In this document: one piece after another, positions 50,669 through 60,581 of the stretch | How the letters are laid out: every line of letters starts with the position of its first letter | Position numbering within the stretch: position 1 is the stretch's first letter | NCBI GenBank assembly: GCA_030386295.1 | Contig: JANQAO010000003.1 | Span: 48,114-112,113, forward strand | Direction of reading: 5' to 3' | Source: Candidatus Doriopsillibacter californiensis | Lineage (GTDB): Bacteria; Pseudomonadota; Gammaproteobacteria; Tethybacterales; Persebacteraceae | DNA: 64,000 nucleotides | Position numbers and translations under genes: made by a program | The notes under the pieces: generated by a model | Seen by the model: only the letters and a program-made list of their open reading frames with translations | Databases searched by the model: none | What the model was told of the DNA's origin: nothing

Positions 50669-52030
50669 ATGCCGCAGCGTAAACCAACTTATGATAGCAC
50701 TAATGTAGAGCGGTTTATGACAGGGCTTATTCGTCGTGCTCCACACGAACCCGAATTTCACCAATCCGTGCGCGAAGTGGCCGAAGTTATTATTCCCCAT
50801 ATTCGAAAAAATGATCGCATTACCAACGCTATTGTTTTTGAGCGCATGACTGAACCGGAGAGGGTGTTTATGTTTCGCATTATTTGGGAAGATGATAACG
50901 GTAATGTGCGCCTGAATCGTGGCTATCGAGTGCAATTTAACAACGCGCTCGGTCCTTACAAAGGCGGTTTGCGCTTTCATCCTTCGGTCAATATTAGTAT
51001 TTTAAAATTTTTAGGGTTTGAACAGACTTTCAAGAATGCGCTTACTGGTCTGCCGCTGGGTGCAGCAAAAGGTGGTTCTGATTTCAACCCCCGAGGGAAA
51101 TCCGACAAGGAAGTGTTACGTTTTTGTAAATCGTTTATGTTGGAATTATTTCGCCACATTGGGCCCAATTTGGACGTGCCAGCTGGTGACATCGGTGTGG
51201 GTGAACGTGAAATTGGTTATTTATTCGGACAGTATAAGCGGATTACCGGTGAATTTGCCTCCGGTGTGCTTACCGGCAAAGGTCTGACTTTTGGTGGTAG
51301 TCTAATTCGCCGTGAGGCTACTGGTTACGGTGCTGCTTACTTTGCCGAGGAAATGCTTAACGCTGTTAACGATGGATTAAAAGATAAAACCTGCGCTGTT
51401 TCCGGTAGTGGTAATGTTGCCCTGTATTGCGCACAAAAAATCATTCAGCTTGGTGGACGCGTGGTCACTATGTCTGACTCCGATGGTTTTATCTATGATA
51501 AAGAAGGCATTGACGAGAAAAAATTAGCGCGCATTATTGAACTCAAAAGCGCGCGGATGCGTATTCGTGAGTACGTCAAACACTATAAGAAAGCTAGCTA
51601 CCATGCAGGTAAGCGTCCGTGGGGAGCCCCTGCTTTTGCCGCTTTTCCTTGTGCGACACAAAATGAAATTGATATTGAAGATGCTAAACGATTGCTTAAA
51701 AATAAATGTCGACTAGTAGTGGAAGGCGCAAACATGCCTACTACTATTGGCGCTTACAAATTATTACGCGACAAAGTTATTTTTGCTCCCGCCAAAGCGG
51801 CTAATGCCGGAGGTGTAGCAATTTCCGGTTTGGAAATGAGCCAAAACAGTCTCCGTCTTTCATGGTCGGAAGACGAAATGGAGGAACGCTTGCGTGATAT
51901 TATGATCAGTATTCATAAGCAATGCGTAACACACGGTAAGCAGGGTAAAAAGCCGGTAGATTATGTAGTCGGGGCTAATATTGCTGGTTTTCTACGTGTT
52001 TCTGATGCTATGTTGGCACATGGTGTTTAA
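50669..52030 (+). CDS. gdhA: Glutamate dehydrogenase (NADP-specific GdhA type)
   Basis: EPEFHQSV, GPYKGGLRFHPSV, DVPAGDIGVG, EATGYG, SGSGNVA and KAANAGGVAISGLEM motifs. Confidence 0.96.
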   Translation: MPQRKPTYDSTNVERFMTGLIRRAPHEPEFHQSVREVAEVIIPHIRKNDRITNAIVFERMTEPERVFMFRIIWEDDNGNVRLNRGYRVQFNNALGPYKGGLRFHPSVNISILKFLGFEQTFKNALTGLPLGAAKGGSDFNPRGKSDKEVLRFCKSFMLELFRHIGPNLDVPAGDIGVGEREIGYLFGQYKRITGEFASGVLTGKGLTFGGSLIRREATGYGAAYFAEEMLNAVNDGLKDKTCAVSGSGNVALYCAQKIIQLGGRVVTMSDSDGFIYDKEGIDEKKLARIIELKSARMRIREYVKHYKKASYHAGKRPWGAPAFAAFPCATQNEIDIEDAKRLLKNKCRLVVEGANMPTTIGAYKLLRDKVIFAPAKAANAGGVAISGLEMSQNSLRLSWSEDEMEERLRDIMISIHKQCVTHGKQGKKPVDYVVGANIAGFLRVSDAMLAHGV

Positions 52031-52040
52031 TCATTAGGAA

Positions 52041-52937
52041 ATGTCTAGTTATCCTCTAATTTTTGGTGCCTCTGGCCTAACTGGAACGGAAACAGCGCGA
52101 TTGCTGTCGTTGGCAAAAGTGCCATTACGAGTTTCATATCGAGAGCAGGCTGATCTTAATGTTTTGCGTAATTATGCTGTTGAACCTGTTTATGCCGATT
52201 ATGCCGATGTGAACACTATTAAAAAAGCGATGCAGGATGTTAGTAGCGCGTTATTGATACTTCCTATTCATGAGCAAATGGCGGAGTGGGGAAAGCGGGT
52301 TATCGATTGTGCAAAAAAAACTAAGTTGCCTCGGTTGGTTTTACTTTCCAATTTGGGGGCAAATGAACAATCAGCGAACGATATTCCCCGCATGCATGGT
52401 GAAATAATCGCCTCTCTCAAGGAAAGCGGCATTCCTTATGACATTGTTAAATCTGCGCCGTATTTTCAAAACCTATTTTGGAATGTTATTACCATCGTAC
52501 GCAACCGCCAGTTTTCTCTTCCCTTGGACAACATAGAGATACCTTATATTGACGTACAAGATTTATCTATCGTTTTTGCTAAATTGCTGTACGAAACGCG
52601 TGAGGGAAACAATGAATATTATCTTACTGGACCGCAGCCATTGAGTATGTTCAGATTTTCGCGACAGCTAAGTTTAGCATTGGGGAAGAGTATTCGTTAT
52701 GTCCCTTCGCCACCGCAGGCAGGAGCACAGACCTTTCGCGACATGGGTTTGACTCGTTGGTTATCACAGGCTATTGCCGACATGTACAAAGATTACGCCA
52801 CCGGTAATTATAGTCAGATAACTAAGGATTTTGAGAAAATTATGGGGCGTAAGCCGACGGGCATTAGCAGTTTTCTTGAGCGCAATATTTCCGTTTTTAC
52901 GGATCCGACTGTTCCTGCCGGTTTTTTGGAAAGTTAA
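52041..52937 (+). CDS. NmrA-like NAD(P)-binding (atypical SDR) protein
   Basis: IFGASGLTG, PYFQN, IPYIDVQDL, LTGPQPLS and GRKP motifs. Confidence 0.8.
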   Translation: MSSYPLIFGASGLTGTETARLLSLAKVPLRVSYREQADLNVLRNYAVEPVYADYADVNTIKKAMQDVSSALLILPIHEQMAEWGKRVIDCAKKTKLPRLVLLSNLGANEQSANDIPRMHGEIIASLKESGIPYDIVKSAPYFQNLFWNVITIVRNRQFSLPLDNIEIPYIDVQDLSIVFAKLLYETREGNNEYYLTGPQPLSMFRFSRQLSLALGKSIRYVPSPPQAGAQTFRDMGLTRWLSQAIADMYKDYATGNYSQITKDFEKIMGRKPTGISSFLERNISVFTDPTVPAGFLES

Positions 52938-52949
52938 ACGGGCTCCCTG

Positions 52950-53969
52950 TTGAGGCGCCGTGTTTTTATATCATTGTTAATGTTGCCTGCCGCTTTTATC
53001 GGTGGGCGGGAATTGTGGCAGCAAAACGAAAGAAAAAAATGGAAAGCGCTGTTTTCTCGAACGTGGTCGGTGGATGCTAGTGTTCGTATTCCGTCCGGAG
53101 CGACTTTGCGTGACATTGCTGTTTTAAGTGTTGCTGTTGGCGCGCCGGTTAGCGAAACTGAATTTATAGACTTAGCGACTCGCCAACAGGTTTCGACTAA
53201 ATTACGCTCCGGACGTTATCGTTTTGCCGCTGGTGATAATATGGAAAAAACACTTGCGGATATGGTGGTGGGTAACGTTATTGCCGAACGTTTTACTATT
53301 GTGGAAGGAACAACTATCGCGCAAGTGAGAAAAAAATTGGCTGCTGACGAGCGATTGCAAAACGACATTAAAAACATGAATGATAACGACATTCATCAAG
53401 CATTAGATATTAACCAGTCGTTTCTGGAAGGATTATTTTTGCCTGAAACTTATTTTTTTGAAGAAGATGACAAGGCGCTTAACATCTTGCGGCGATCACA
53501 TCGCAACATGAAAAAAACATTGAATTCGTTGTGGGCAAAACGAAATGATAATAATTTGCTCTCCACTCCAGAAGATGCGTTAATACTGGCTTCTATTGTG
53601 GAAAAAGAAACTGGTGTAGCGGAAGAGCGGCCGCTGATCGCATCAGTATTTGTCAATCGGTTGCGGCGAGGCATTCCGTTACAAGCTGATCCTACGGTTA
53701 TTTATGGTTTGGGAGAAAGTTTTAACGGCAATCTCACTCGCAAGCATTTGCGTGATAAATCTAATTCCTACAATACTTACGCCCATCGAGGCCTACCGCC
53801 AACGCCCATTGCTTTGCCCGGAAAGGCAGCAATAGAGTCGGTGCTTAATCCGCCTGACACGGCGTACTATTATTTTGTTGCCACCGGTGATGGAAGGCAT
53901 GTTTTTTCTGAAACGTTGCGCGCGCATAATAATGCGGTGAATAAGTATCAACGGCGACAAAAACGTTGA
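52950..53969 (+). CDS. mltG: Endolytic murein transglycosylase MltG
   Basis: EGLFLPETY, LASIVEKET, LQADPTVIYG and YNTYAHRGLPPTPI motifs. Confidence 0.95.
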   Translation: MRRRVFISLLMLPAAFIGGRELWQQNERKKWKALFSRTWSVDASVRIPSGATLRDIAVLSVAVGAPVSETEFIDLATRQQVSTKLRSGRYRFAAGDNMEKTLADMVVGNVIAERFTIVEGTTIAQVRKKLAADERLQNDIKNMNDNDIHQALDINQSFLEGLFLPETYFFEEDDKALNILRRSHRNMKKTLNSLWAKRNDNNLLSTPEDALILASIVEKETGVAEERPLIASVFVNRLRRGIPLQADPTVIYGLGESFNGNLTRKHLRDKSNSYNTYAHRGLPPTPIALPGKAAIESVLNPPDTAYYYFVATGDGRHVFSETLRAHNNAVNKYQRRQKR

Positions 53970-54589
53970 AACACGGTAATTTCATCACTTTTGAAGGATT
54001 GGATGGTGCAGGAAAAACGACTCAGGCAGCATTGTTGGCGGCTACTTTGCGACAATCAGGCAAGGAAGTCATTGAAACACGTGAGCCGGGAGGCACTGAA
54101 ATAGGTGAATCTCTTCGTTCTTTGGCTCTCAAAACAGAGGGGTTGGACGCCGTAACCGAAACTTTATTAATGCTGGCCGCACGCCGTGAACACATACATC
54201 ATCTTATTAATCCAGCGTTGGCGCGAGGAGCTTGGGTCATTTGTGACCGTTTTAGTGACTCGACCTACGCTTATCAAGGTGGTGGGCGGGGTGTTTGTCA
54301 AAAATGGCTGCATGCTTGTCTCAGCGAAGTAGAAAACAGTTTGCAGCCGGCGGTTAGCTTTTATTTAGATGTGCCGCCGACATTTAGTGCACATCTGTCA
54401 TCCAAAGATGTTTTTGAAACGGCGGGAGACAGTTTTTATAGCAGTGTTAAAAAGGCTTACCAAAAAATAATAATCGACAACCCTAAACGTGTTGTTTCTA
54501 TTTCTTGGGAAAAAAACGGTGTCCGGCGGACAAGAGAAAGTATTGCTGAAGAAATTGCCGCTGTCGTTCGAGAGCGTTTTTTTAAATGA
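53966..54589 (+). CDS. tmk: Thymidylate kinase
   Basis: FITFEGLDGAGKTT, TREPGGT and CDRFSDSTYAYQG motifs. Confidence 0.97.
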   Translation: MKHGNFITFEGLDGAGKTTQAALLAATLRQSGKEVIETREPGGTEIGESLRSLALKTEGLDAVTETLLMLAARREHIHHLINPALARGAWVICDRFSDSTYAYQGGGRGVCQKWLHACLSEVENSLQPAVSFYLDVPPTFSAHLSSKDVFETAGDSFYSSVKKAYQKIIIDNPKRVVSISWEKNGVRRTRESIAEEIAAVVRERFFK

Positions 54590-55443
54590 CGACAGTGTTG
54601 CCTTGGCATCAGTATTTGGTGAACACAATTTCGTTCGCATCGGCAACGCTGATTACGGGACATCCCGGTGCAGGTAGTGAATCTTTGGCTTTAACGCTGG
54701 CTACAGTATTTGCGGATACGACAAGCGAGGCTGCTGATGCGGACATTATCGTTATTCGCCCAGAAAAAAATACCATTACTGTGGATGCGGTTCGTCAGGT
54801 AGTTGAGTTTTGCGCGTTAGCACCGCTTGTGGCACGGAGAAGGGTGGCTGTTTTTATTGATTCGGAGCGCATGAATATTGCTGCCGCTAATGCACTACTC
54901 AAAACGCTAGAAGAACCGAGTGCTGATAAAGCGCTTATTCTATCTGTTCATTCTCCCAGCTTACTGCCGCCGACTGTTACTAGCCGTTGTCGTATCTTGT
55001 TTGCTCCGTTGCCAACGGAAGCTGAAGCGGCAACGTGGTTACAAGCAAATGGTGGTGACGGAGAGTCTCTTTCCTTTTCTGGTGGTCTACCATTGGCGGC
55101 ACTCAATACAGACATGCAAGCGGTGCGCACCGCAAAAGACTTGTTTAGTCAGGGAAATGACATTAACACTGCTGCTGCGGTTAAGACTTTGGTTTCCATT
55201 GACCTCTGGTTAGATTGTCTGCAAAAATGGACGGCAGACGGTGTACGAGCTGCAATGGGGCTTACCGCACGCTATTTTCCTGGTTCCGAATCGATACTCA
55301 GTGCATTGTGCGCCGACCCTCGTCGCTGGTTGGACGGTCATGCTCGCTTGTTAGATCAACGTCGCCTTGCTGCGCATCCGCTGGCACAAGATTTATTTAT
55401 TTATAATGCACTGAATGAATACCGCCTCATTTTCACTCATTGA
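54586..55443 (+). CDS. holB: DNA polymerase III delta' subunit
   Basis: LPWH, ITVDAVR, MNIAAANALLKTLEEP and LPPTVTSRC motifs; follows tmk. Confidence 0.92.
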   Translation: MTTVLPWHQYLVNTISFASATLITGHPGAGSESLALTLATVFADTTSEAADADIIVIRPEKNTITVDAVRQVVEFCALAPLVARRRVAVFIDSERMNIAAANALLKTLEEPSADKALILSVHSPSLLPPTVTSRCRILFAPLPTEAEAATWLQANGGDGESLSFSGGLPLAALNTDMQAVRTAKDLFSQGNDINTAAAVKTLVSIDLWLDCLQKWTADGVRAAMGLTARYFPGSESILSALCADPRRWLDGHARLLDQRRLAAHPLAQDLFIYNALNEYRLIFTH

Positions 55444-56203
55444 CTCTCATTGCCATCCGCACTTTCCGCCGTTAGGAGATGACAGACAAGCTGTGCTTAC
55501 GACAATGCGAGAACATGAAGTCAGCGCCGCCTTAGCCGTAGCGACAACGCATATGGAAATGGAGGCAGTCAGGGGGCTGGCAAAACAGTATCCGGGAATT
55601 TTTTATGCTGCTTGCGGTGTACATCCACTCAGTAACGATACCGAAGACGACAGTGAAGCGGCGCTTGTGCAGGCTTGTGGAGGGGACGTTTTAGCTGTAG
55701 GTGAAACGGGCTTAGATTTTTTTCGTGGGCAGGAAACGGAAGCCATGCAACGACGACGTTTTGCTGCTCACATTGCCGCCGCTCGAAAATTACAAAAACC
55801 ATTAATTATTCACACTCGTGATTCGCAAGATGCGGTATTGGATATGTTGCGCGCCGAAAATGCTCGTGACGTTGGTGGTGTATTGCATTGCTTCACCGGG
55901 GATGCTAAACAGGCGAGGGCAGGGCTGGATATTAATTTCGTGGTGTCATTTTCCGGCATTGTGACATTCAAAAAATCTATCGCTATGCGTGATGTTGCGC
56001 GACTGATGCCAGCCGATGGTTATTTAGTTGAAACTGATTCACCTTATCTTGCTCCTGTTCCCTACCGAGGTAAAACTAACACGCCGGCTTATGTGCGTTA
56101 TGTTGCCGAAACAATTGCCACTGTTCGTGGTCAAACATTAGCGCAAACAGCGGCAGAAACTTCCGCCACATTTAACCGGATATTTAAAAAATCAGTTGAT
56201 TAG
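55415..56203 (+). CDS. TatD family nuclease (YcfH-type)
   Basis: DSHCH, GVHP, VGETGLD, IIHTR, VLHCF and ETDSPYLAP motifs. Confidence 0.95.
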   Translation: MNTASFSLIDSHCHPHFPPLGDDRQAVLTTMREHEVSAALAVATTHMEMEAVRGLAKQYPGIFYAACGVHPLSNDTEDDSEAALVQACGGDVLAVGETGLDFFRGQETEAMQRRRFAAHIAAARKLQKPLIIHTRDSQDAVLDMLRAENARDVGGVLHCFTGDAKQARAGLDINFVVSFSGIVTFKKSIAMRDVARLMPADGYLVETDSPYLAPVPYRGKTNTPAYVRYVAETIATVRGQTLAQTAAETSATFNRIFKKSVD

Positions 56204-56272
56204 TTGTTTTATAGATTTCGTTTATTAATCTTTTGGTAAGCAATTAGTTGCGGACTGCGTCATGCAGTAATT

Positions 56273-57277
56273 TTATTTTGTTAACCCCAGTACTTCTTCC
56301 CAGAGTGCTCGCGGCAAGGTAATGCCGTGTCGTGTGGCAAATTCTCGAGTGGTGCGACTATTTTCACCGGGTAGGCGGGTGTTGGGCGCTGCTTCTGCGA
56401 TGCGACAAAAAAGCCGCTCCATCTGTGCGTGAAAATTTTCCTGCTGCGGAGCAATTGCAATAAGAAGTTGACCGATGTATGGCGGCGTACCACTATCGTC
56501 AAAAAATGATGAGGCGTCAAAAGCTAGATTACCACCGGCCAGCGGCGCACACAGTATTTCTACCATCAGCGCGAGTGCGGAGCCTTTGGCCTCTCCCATT
56601 GGCAGCAGAGCGCCTGCAAGAGCTGCTGTTGCATCGGTGGTAGGTTGCCCAGTTGCGTCTACCGCCAAGCCCTGAGCGATGGATTCGCCTCGCTGTTTGG
56701 ACGCCATGACTTTGCCTCGCGCTATTTTGGATAGCGATAAATCGACAAATAATGGTGGGGCGTTTTTGCGTGGCGCGGCAAAAGCAATAGGATTAGTACC
56801 ATAAACGGCAGCGCCAACAGGCCACGGCGCCATGGCTTTGGGAGAATTGCTAAACGCCAATGCCAGTAGTCCAGCGGCAGCTAGTTGTTCTGCCCAATAC
56901 CCCATGCGCCCACTGTGATGTGAATGATTCACGGCGGCACAAGCAATGCCAGCAGCGGGTGCAGTTTCTATTAATTTACGAACAGCCAATTCTAGTGCAG
57001 GATAAGCAAAGCCGGAAGCAGCGTCTATTTGCACGTAACCCGTTTTTAATTGTGTGGCAGTAGGTATGGCATTACCGCAAATCTTGCCAGTACGTACCTG
57101 TGCCACATAAGCCTGTAGCCGTCGTAGACCATGTCCTTGCTGACCGCATGCATCGGCGTCGGCAAGAGCCATTGCGGTTGATTTTGCCGCAACGTCGCTA
57201 ACGCCGGCAGTAGTAAGCACGTTTTGTATTGTGACGGTTAACTCAGTTACTGAAACGATAATGTTATCGTCACTCAT
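56273..57277 (-). CDS. Ldh_2 family oxidoreductase, probable ComC-like sulfolactate dehydrogenase
   Basis: GHGLRRL, SHHSGRMG, GTNPIAFAAP, KGSALALMVEIL and RLPG motifs. The specific function is inferred from its position at the end of the hps operon. Confidence 0.75.
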   Translation of the reverse strand: MSDDNIIVSVTELTVTIQNVLTTAGVSDVAAKSTAMALADADACGQQGHGLRRLQAYVAQVRTGKICGNAIPTATQLKTGYVQIDAASGFAYPALELAVRKLIETAPAAGIACAAVNHSHHSGRMGYWAEQLAAAGLLALAFSNSPKAMAPWPVGAAVYGTNPIAFAAPRKNAPPLFVDLSLSKIARGKVMASKQRGESIAQGLAVDATGQPTTDATAALAGALLPMGEAKGSALALMVEILCAPLAGGNLAFDASSFFDDSGTPPYIGQLLIAIAPQQENFHAQMERLFCRIAEAAPNTRLPGENSRTTREFATRHGITLPRALWEEVLGLTK

Positions 57278-57293
57278 TTATTTATGGTGCAAT

Positions 57294-58265
57294 TTATGGA
57301 ATTAGTACAATTTTAGGCGCTGCAACATTGCCGGCCAATAAGTCAGCAAAAGCTCGCGCACCGTCACTTAGCGGGCGCGTTTCAAACCAATCTAGTGCCC
57401 CAAGTTTACCTTTGCCCATCCATTCTACTGTTTCTTTGAATTCGGTCATGGTGTACGTATAAGAACCAACTAAAACAATTTCTTGTAGCGTGAGGCGACG
57501 CATATCAAAACCACCATCAGCTGACGCCAAGCCAATATGCACGACCACGCCGCCTGGTGCGGTTATGGTAGATGCCTGCCGTCGTGTTTGTTCATGTCCA
57601 ACGGCATCAATCACCACGTCCATCGCTGTTGGCAGAGCTTCGGGAGTAACAATATGGAAGTTTCCCGTTTTTTCTAGGGCTTTTCGCCTTCGTGGATTAT
57701 TGTCAGCAATCCATACTTCTTTGGCACCACGTGCAGTTAGTGACAAGGCTGACGCCAAACCAATGGCGCCGCCGCCCAACACTGCTGTTTGACACTCGGC
57801 TAGCGAGCGACGGCTATGCACCACGCCTAAACCGGCAGTATGATGACCGCAAGCAAGTGGTTCTGCTAGCGACCCTTGCTGTAAAGATAATGAATTCGGT
57901 AGTGGTACGATATTTTGTGGCGGTATGGCTAGTTGCTCAGCAAATGCACCGGCGCGTGGTGGCATTGAAATAATTTGCCGTTGAAGGCATAGATTGGAAC
58001 GTCCAGCGCGGCAATAATCACAAGTTTCACATACTACTAGCGGATTAACGGTAACACGAGCGCCACTGGGAAGCATTCCCGCCGCTTCGTGTCCTAGAAT
58101 AAGTGGTGGTGGGCGGCGCTCGTCGTGTCCCAAATAAGCATGCATGTCTGAACCGCAAATGCCGACGGCATTAACATCAATAAGGGTATTGTCGTTATCT
58201 GCAATGGAATTAGGTTGTTCACAAAAACGAAGATTTTGTGAAGATTCATACAGAAGTGCTTTCAT
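57294..58265 (-). CDS. hpsP: Zn-dependent alcohol dehydrogenase, probable HpsP
   Basis: GICGSDMHAYLGHDERRPPPLILGHE, structural Zn Cys cluster and GGGAIG; follows hpsN-hpsO. Confidence 0.75.
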   Translation of the reverse strand: MKALLYESSQNLRFCEQPNSIADNDNTLIDVNAVGICGSDMHAYLGHDERRPPPLILGHEAAGMLPSGARVTVNPLVVCETCDYCRAGRSNLCLQRQIISMPPRAGAFAEQLAIPPQNIVPLPNSLSLQQGSLAEPLACGHHTAGLGVVHSRRSLAECQTAVLGGGAIGLASALSLTARGAKEVWIADNNPRRRKALEKTGNFHIVTPEALPTAMDVVIDAVGHEQTRRQASTITAPGGVVVHIGLASADGGFDMRRLTLQEIVLVGSYTYTMTEFKETVEWMGKGKLGALDWFETRPLSDGARAFADLLAGNVAAPKIVLIP

Positions 58266-58431
58266 GGTGCGCTCTTTTTGGATATAGACAGGCTCATTTT
58301 TTTGTCAAGGAAGAATTTAATGTTAACAGGAAAAACTTTAATCCTATACGGGCGATGTTAATAATTGTATCGGAATTATTTTATTATTTTTGTAAAAATA
58401 TGTTGGTATTAGTTAATTTAAATAAAAGAAG

Positions 58432-59223
58432 TTACTTTGCCAAAAAACCACCGTCTACAGGTAATAACAGCCCGGTCAAATATGCCGCAGCTGAGGAAGC
58501 TAAAAATACCGCGGCACCATCCATATCAGAAAGTGCCCCATTGCGTCCCAATAGGGTTGATGCCGCCAATTTTTCTATTAATTCTTTATCTTCAAAGACA
58601 ATGTCAGTCATTTCACTGGGGAAAAACCCGGGAATGAGCGCATTGACGGTAATGCCGCGCTCGCCCCACGCTCGTGCTAGTAGCCGCGTAAGTTGCGCTA
58701 CACCGCCTTTGGAAGCGCCATAGGCAGCATCTCCTAGTCCTGCGCGCAGCGATTGCAAAGAACCGACATTGATGATAGCACCGCCTTTATCCATACCGGT
58801 TGCTAATTCTCGTGATAAAAAAAATGGGGCGCCTAAATTAACAGCCAACGTTTTTTCCCAATTATCTAGGGTGATTGCTGATGTGGATTCGGCAGGGTCA
58901 GATGAAGATCGCAAATTAACGCCGGCGGCGTTTACTAAAATAGACGGTGCGCCAAAACACGCTGCTGCTTCCACCGCCGTTTGCGGAATGCTTCTAGTAT
59001 CAGACAAATCTGCCGTAACTACTGCAGCTTGGTTGCCTCCACAAACATTAATAATTTCAGCCGCTGCATCATCAAGCTTGTTTTTACGCCGTCCAATGAG
59101 TACTGTGCGAGCTCCAGCTTGTGCCAGTGCCAGACCGATACGTCGCCCAATGCCAGTGCCGCCGCCGGTGATAACTGCCACCCGTCCGTGAAGACCGAAT
59201 AGGTTATTAATGAAATTGTTCAT
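58432..59223 (-). CDS. hpsO: Short-chain dehydrogenase, probable HpsO
   Basis: TGGGTGIG, NAAGVNLR, SLQS..A and YGASKGG motifs; directly after hpsN. Confidence 0.75.
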   Translation of the reverse strand: MNNFINNLFGLHGRVAVITGGGTGIGRRIGLALAQAGARTVLIGRRKNKLDDAAAEIINVCGGNQAAVVTADLSDTRSIPQTAVEAAACFGAPSILVNAAGVNLRSSSDPAESTSAITLDNWEKTLAVNLGAPFFLSRELATGMDKGGAIINVGSLQSLRAGLGDAAYGASKGGVAQLTRLLARAWGERGITVNALIPGFFPSEMTDIVFEDKELIEKLAASTLLGRNGALSDMDGAAVFLASSAAAYLTGLLLPVDGGFLAK

Positions 59224-59238
59224 AGCGGCTGCTTTCAG

Positions 59239-60564
59239 TTAGCTGTTATCGGACAAGTTTTCTGATTGTAGAATAAATTTTTCATCGGGAAACCATTTCG
59301 CCAAGCGCAAATCCGCAGTGCGGGCGTGTCCTTCCATGCCTTCTAATCGCGAAATACGTGCCGTAGCGGCACCAATATCGCGATTGGCTTCGCGCGTCAT
59401 GCGTTGCCAAGTAACGGTTTTCATGAATTTTGCGACTGATAGACCACCAGTGTAACGTCCCGCGCCTTTTGTAGGCAAAATATGATTGGGTCCAGACACT
59501 TTGTCACCGTAAGCCACAGTGGTTTCTTCACCCAAAAAGAGAGAACCGTAATTTATAAGACGAGATTGCCACCAATCCAAGTTAGCGCAGTGTACTTCTA
59601 GATGTTCAGCCGCATAACGGTCAGATAGCACTGCCGCGTCTTCTTGCGAATCGGCTACAGCCACTTCACCATATTCTTGCCACGATTGCATGGCGTGAGA
59701 GCGGTTAGGTTCTGGTAATGCTTCTATCATCTGTGGTACCAATTGCATAACCTTATTTGCTAATGAAGATGACAATGATATAAGCCACGCTGGTGAGTTG
59801 GGGCCGTGTTCTGCCTGACCTACCAAGTCGCAGGCGACGATTTCAGCATCTGCCGTATCGTCTGCAATAACAAGAATTTCTGTCGGACCAGCAAACATGT
59901 CAATGCCGGTAAATCCATACAATAACCGTTTGGCCTCGGCTACATATTGGTTGCCAGGACCGGCCAGCACATCAGCAGAGTGACCAGAAAACAAGCCAAA
60001 GGCCATAGCCGCAATGCCTTGCACACCACCTAAATTCAAGATATGATCAGCGCCGCATAAATCTAACGTGTATAAAATTGCCGGATGCATACCGCCGTGC
60101 GCATTGCTAGGTGGTGAGCAGGCGATTATGTTTTTTACACCTGCTTCTTTGGCTGTGCCCACGCTCATAATCGCCGATGCTACATGTGCGTAGCGGCCAC
60201 CCGGGACATAACAACCGGCGGTTTGTACGGGCACATGACGATGACCGGCGGTTACTCCCGGGTGTAATTCGGTTTGTGCATTGGGTAACCATGATTTTTG
60301 GGCGCGGGCAAAAGTGCACACTTGCTCACGGGCAAAAGCGATATCATTACGAATTGATTGCGGTACCCGCTTAGCAGCGGCAGCCCGAGCTTCAGGAGAA
60401 ACGAGAATGTCACCATCCCAGCCGTCAAAATTACTGGTATAACGTCGTGCAGCTTCTTCGCCACCGCTTTCAATATCGTCTAGCATAGCGCGTACTTTGT
60501 CTCGCACATCACTTTCGCCGCTAGAAGCAGATTTTGGAGCTTTTTTTAAGAATTCAATAGACAT
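59239..60564 (-). CDS. hpsN: Sulfopropanediol 3-dehydrogenase HpsN (HisD paralogue)
   Basis: HisD fold with HpsN-type features: MSIEFLKKA N-terminus, YVPGGRYAHVASA, GIDMFAGPTE, DLVGQAEHG, YGDKVSGPNHILPT and SRLEGMEGH. No his genes nearby; flanked by TRAP, SDR and ADH genes. Confidence 0.88.
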   Translation of the reverse strand: MSIEFLKKAPKSASSGESDVRDKVRAMLDDIESGGEEAARRYTSNFDGWDGDILVSPEARAAAAKRVPQSIRNDIAFAREQVCTFARAQKSWLPNAQTELHPGVTAGHRHVPVQTAGCYVPGGRYAHVASAIMSVGTAKEAGVKNIIACSPPSNAHGGMHPAILYTLDLCGADHILNLGGVQGIAAMAFGLFSGHSADVLAGPGNQYVAEAKRLLYGFTGIDMFAGPTEILVIADDTADAEIVACDLVGQAEHGPNSPAWLISLSSSLANKVMQLVPQMIEALPEPNRSHAMQSWQEYGEVAVADSQEDAAVLSDRYAAEHLEVHCANLDWWQSRLINYGSLFLGEETTVAYGDKVSGPNHILPTKGAGRYTGGLSVAKFMKTVTWQRMTREANRDIGAATARISRLEGMEGHARTADLRLAKWFPDEKFILQSENLSDNS

Positions 60565-60581
60565 ATATTTCCCTTTCTACT

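Noticed and set aside
58238..58723. 161-aa plus-strand ORF spanning the hpsO-hpsP gap
   Set aside because: It is mostly antisense to hpsO plus AT-rich spacer, with no motifs. Likely spurious.
59239..60564. Histidinol dehydrogenase hisD
   Set aside because: There is no his operon context, and the sequence features and neighbours fit the HpsN paralogue.
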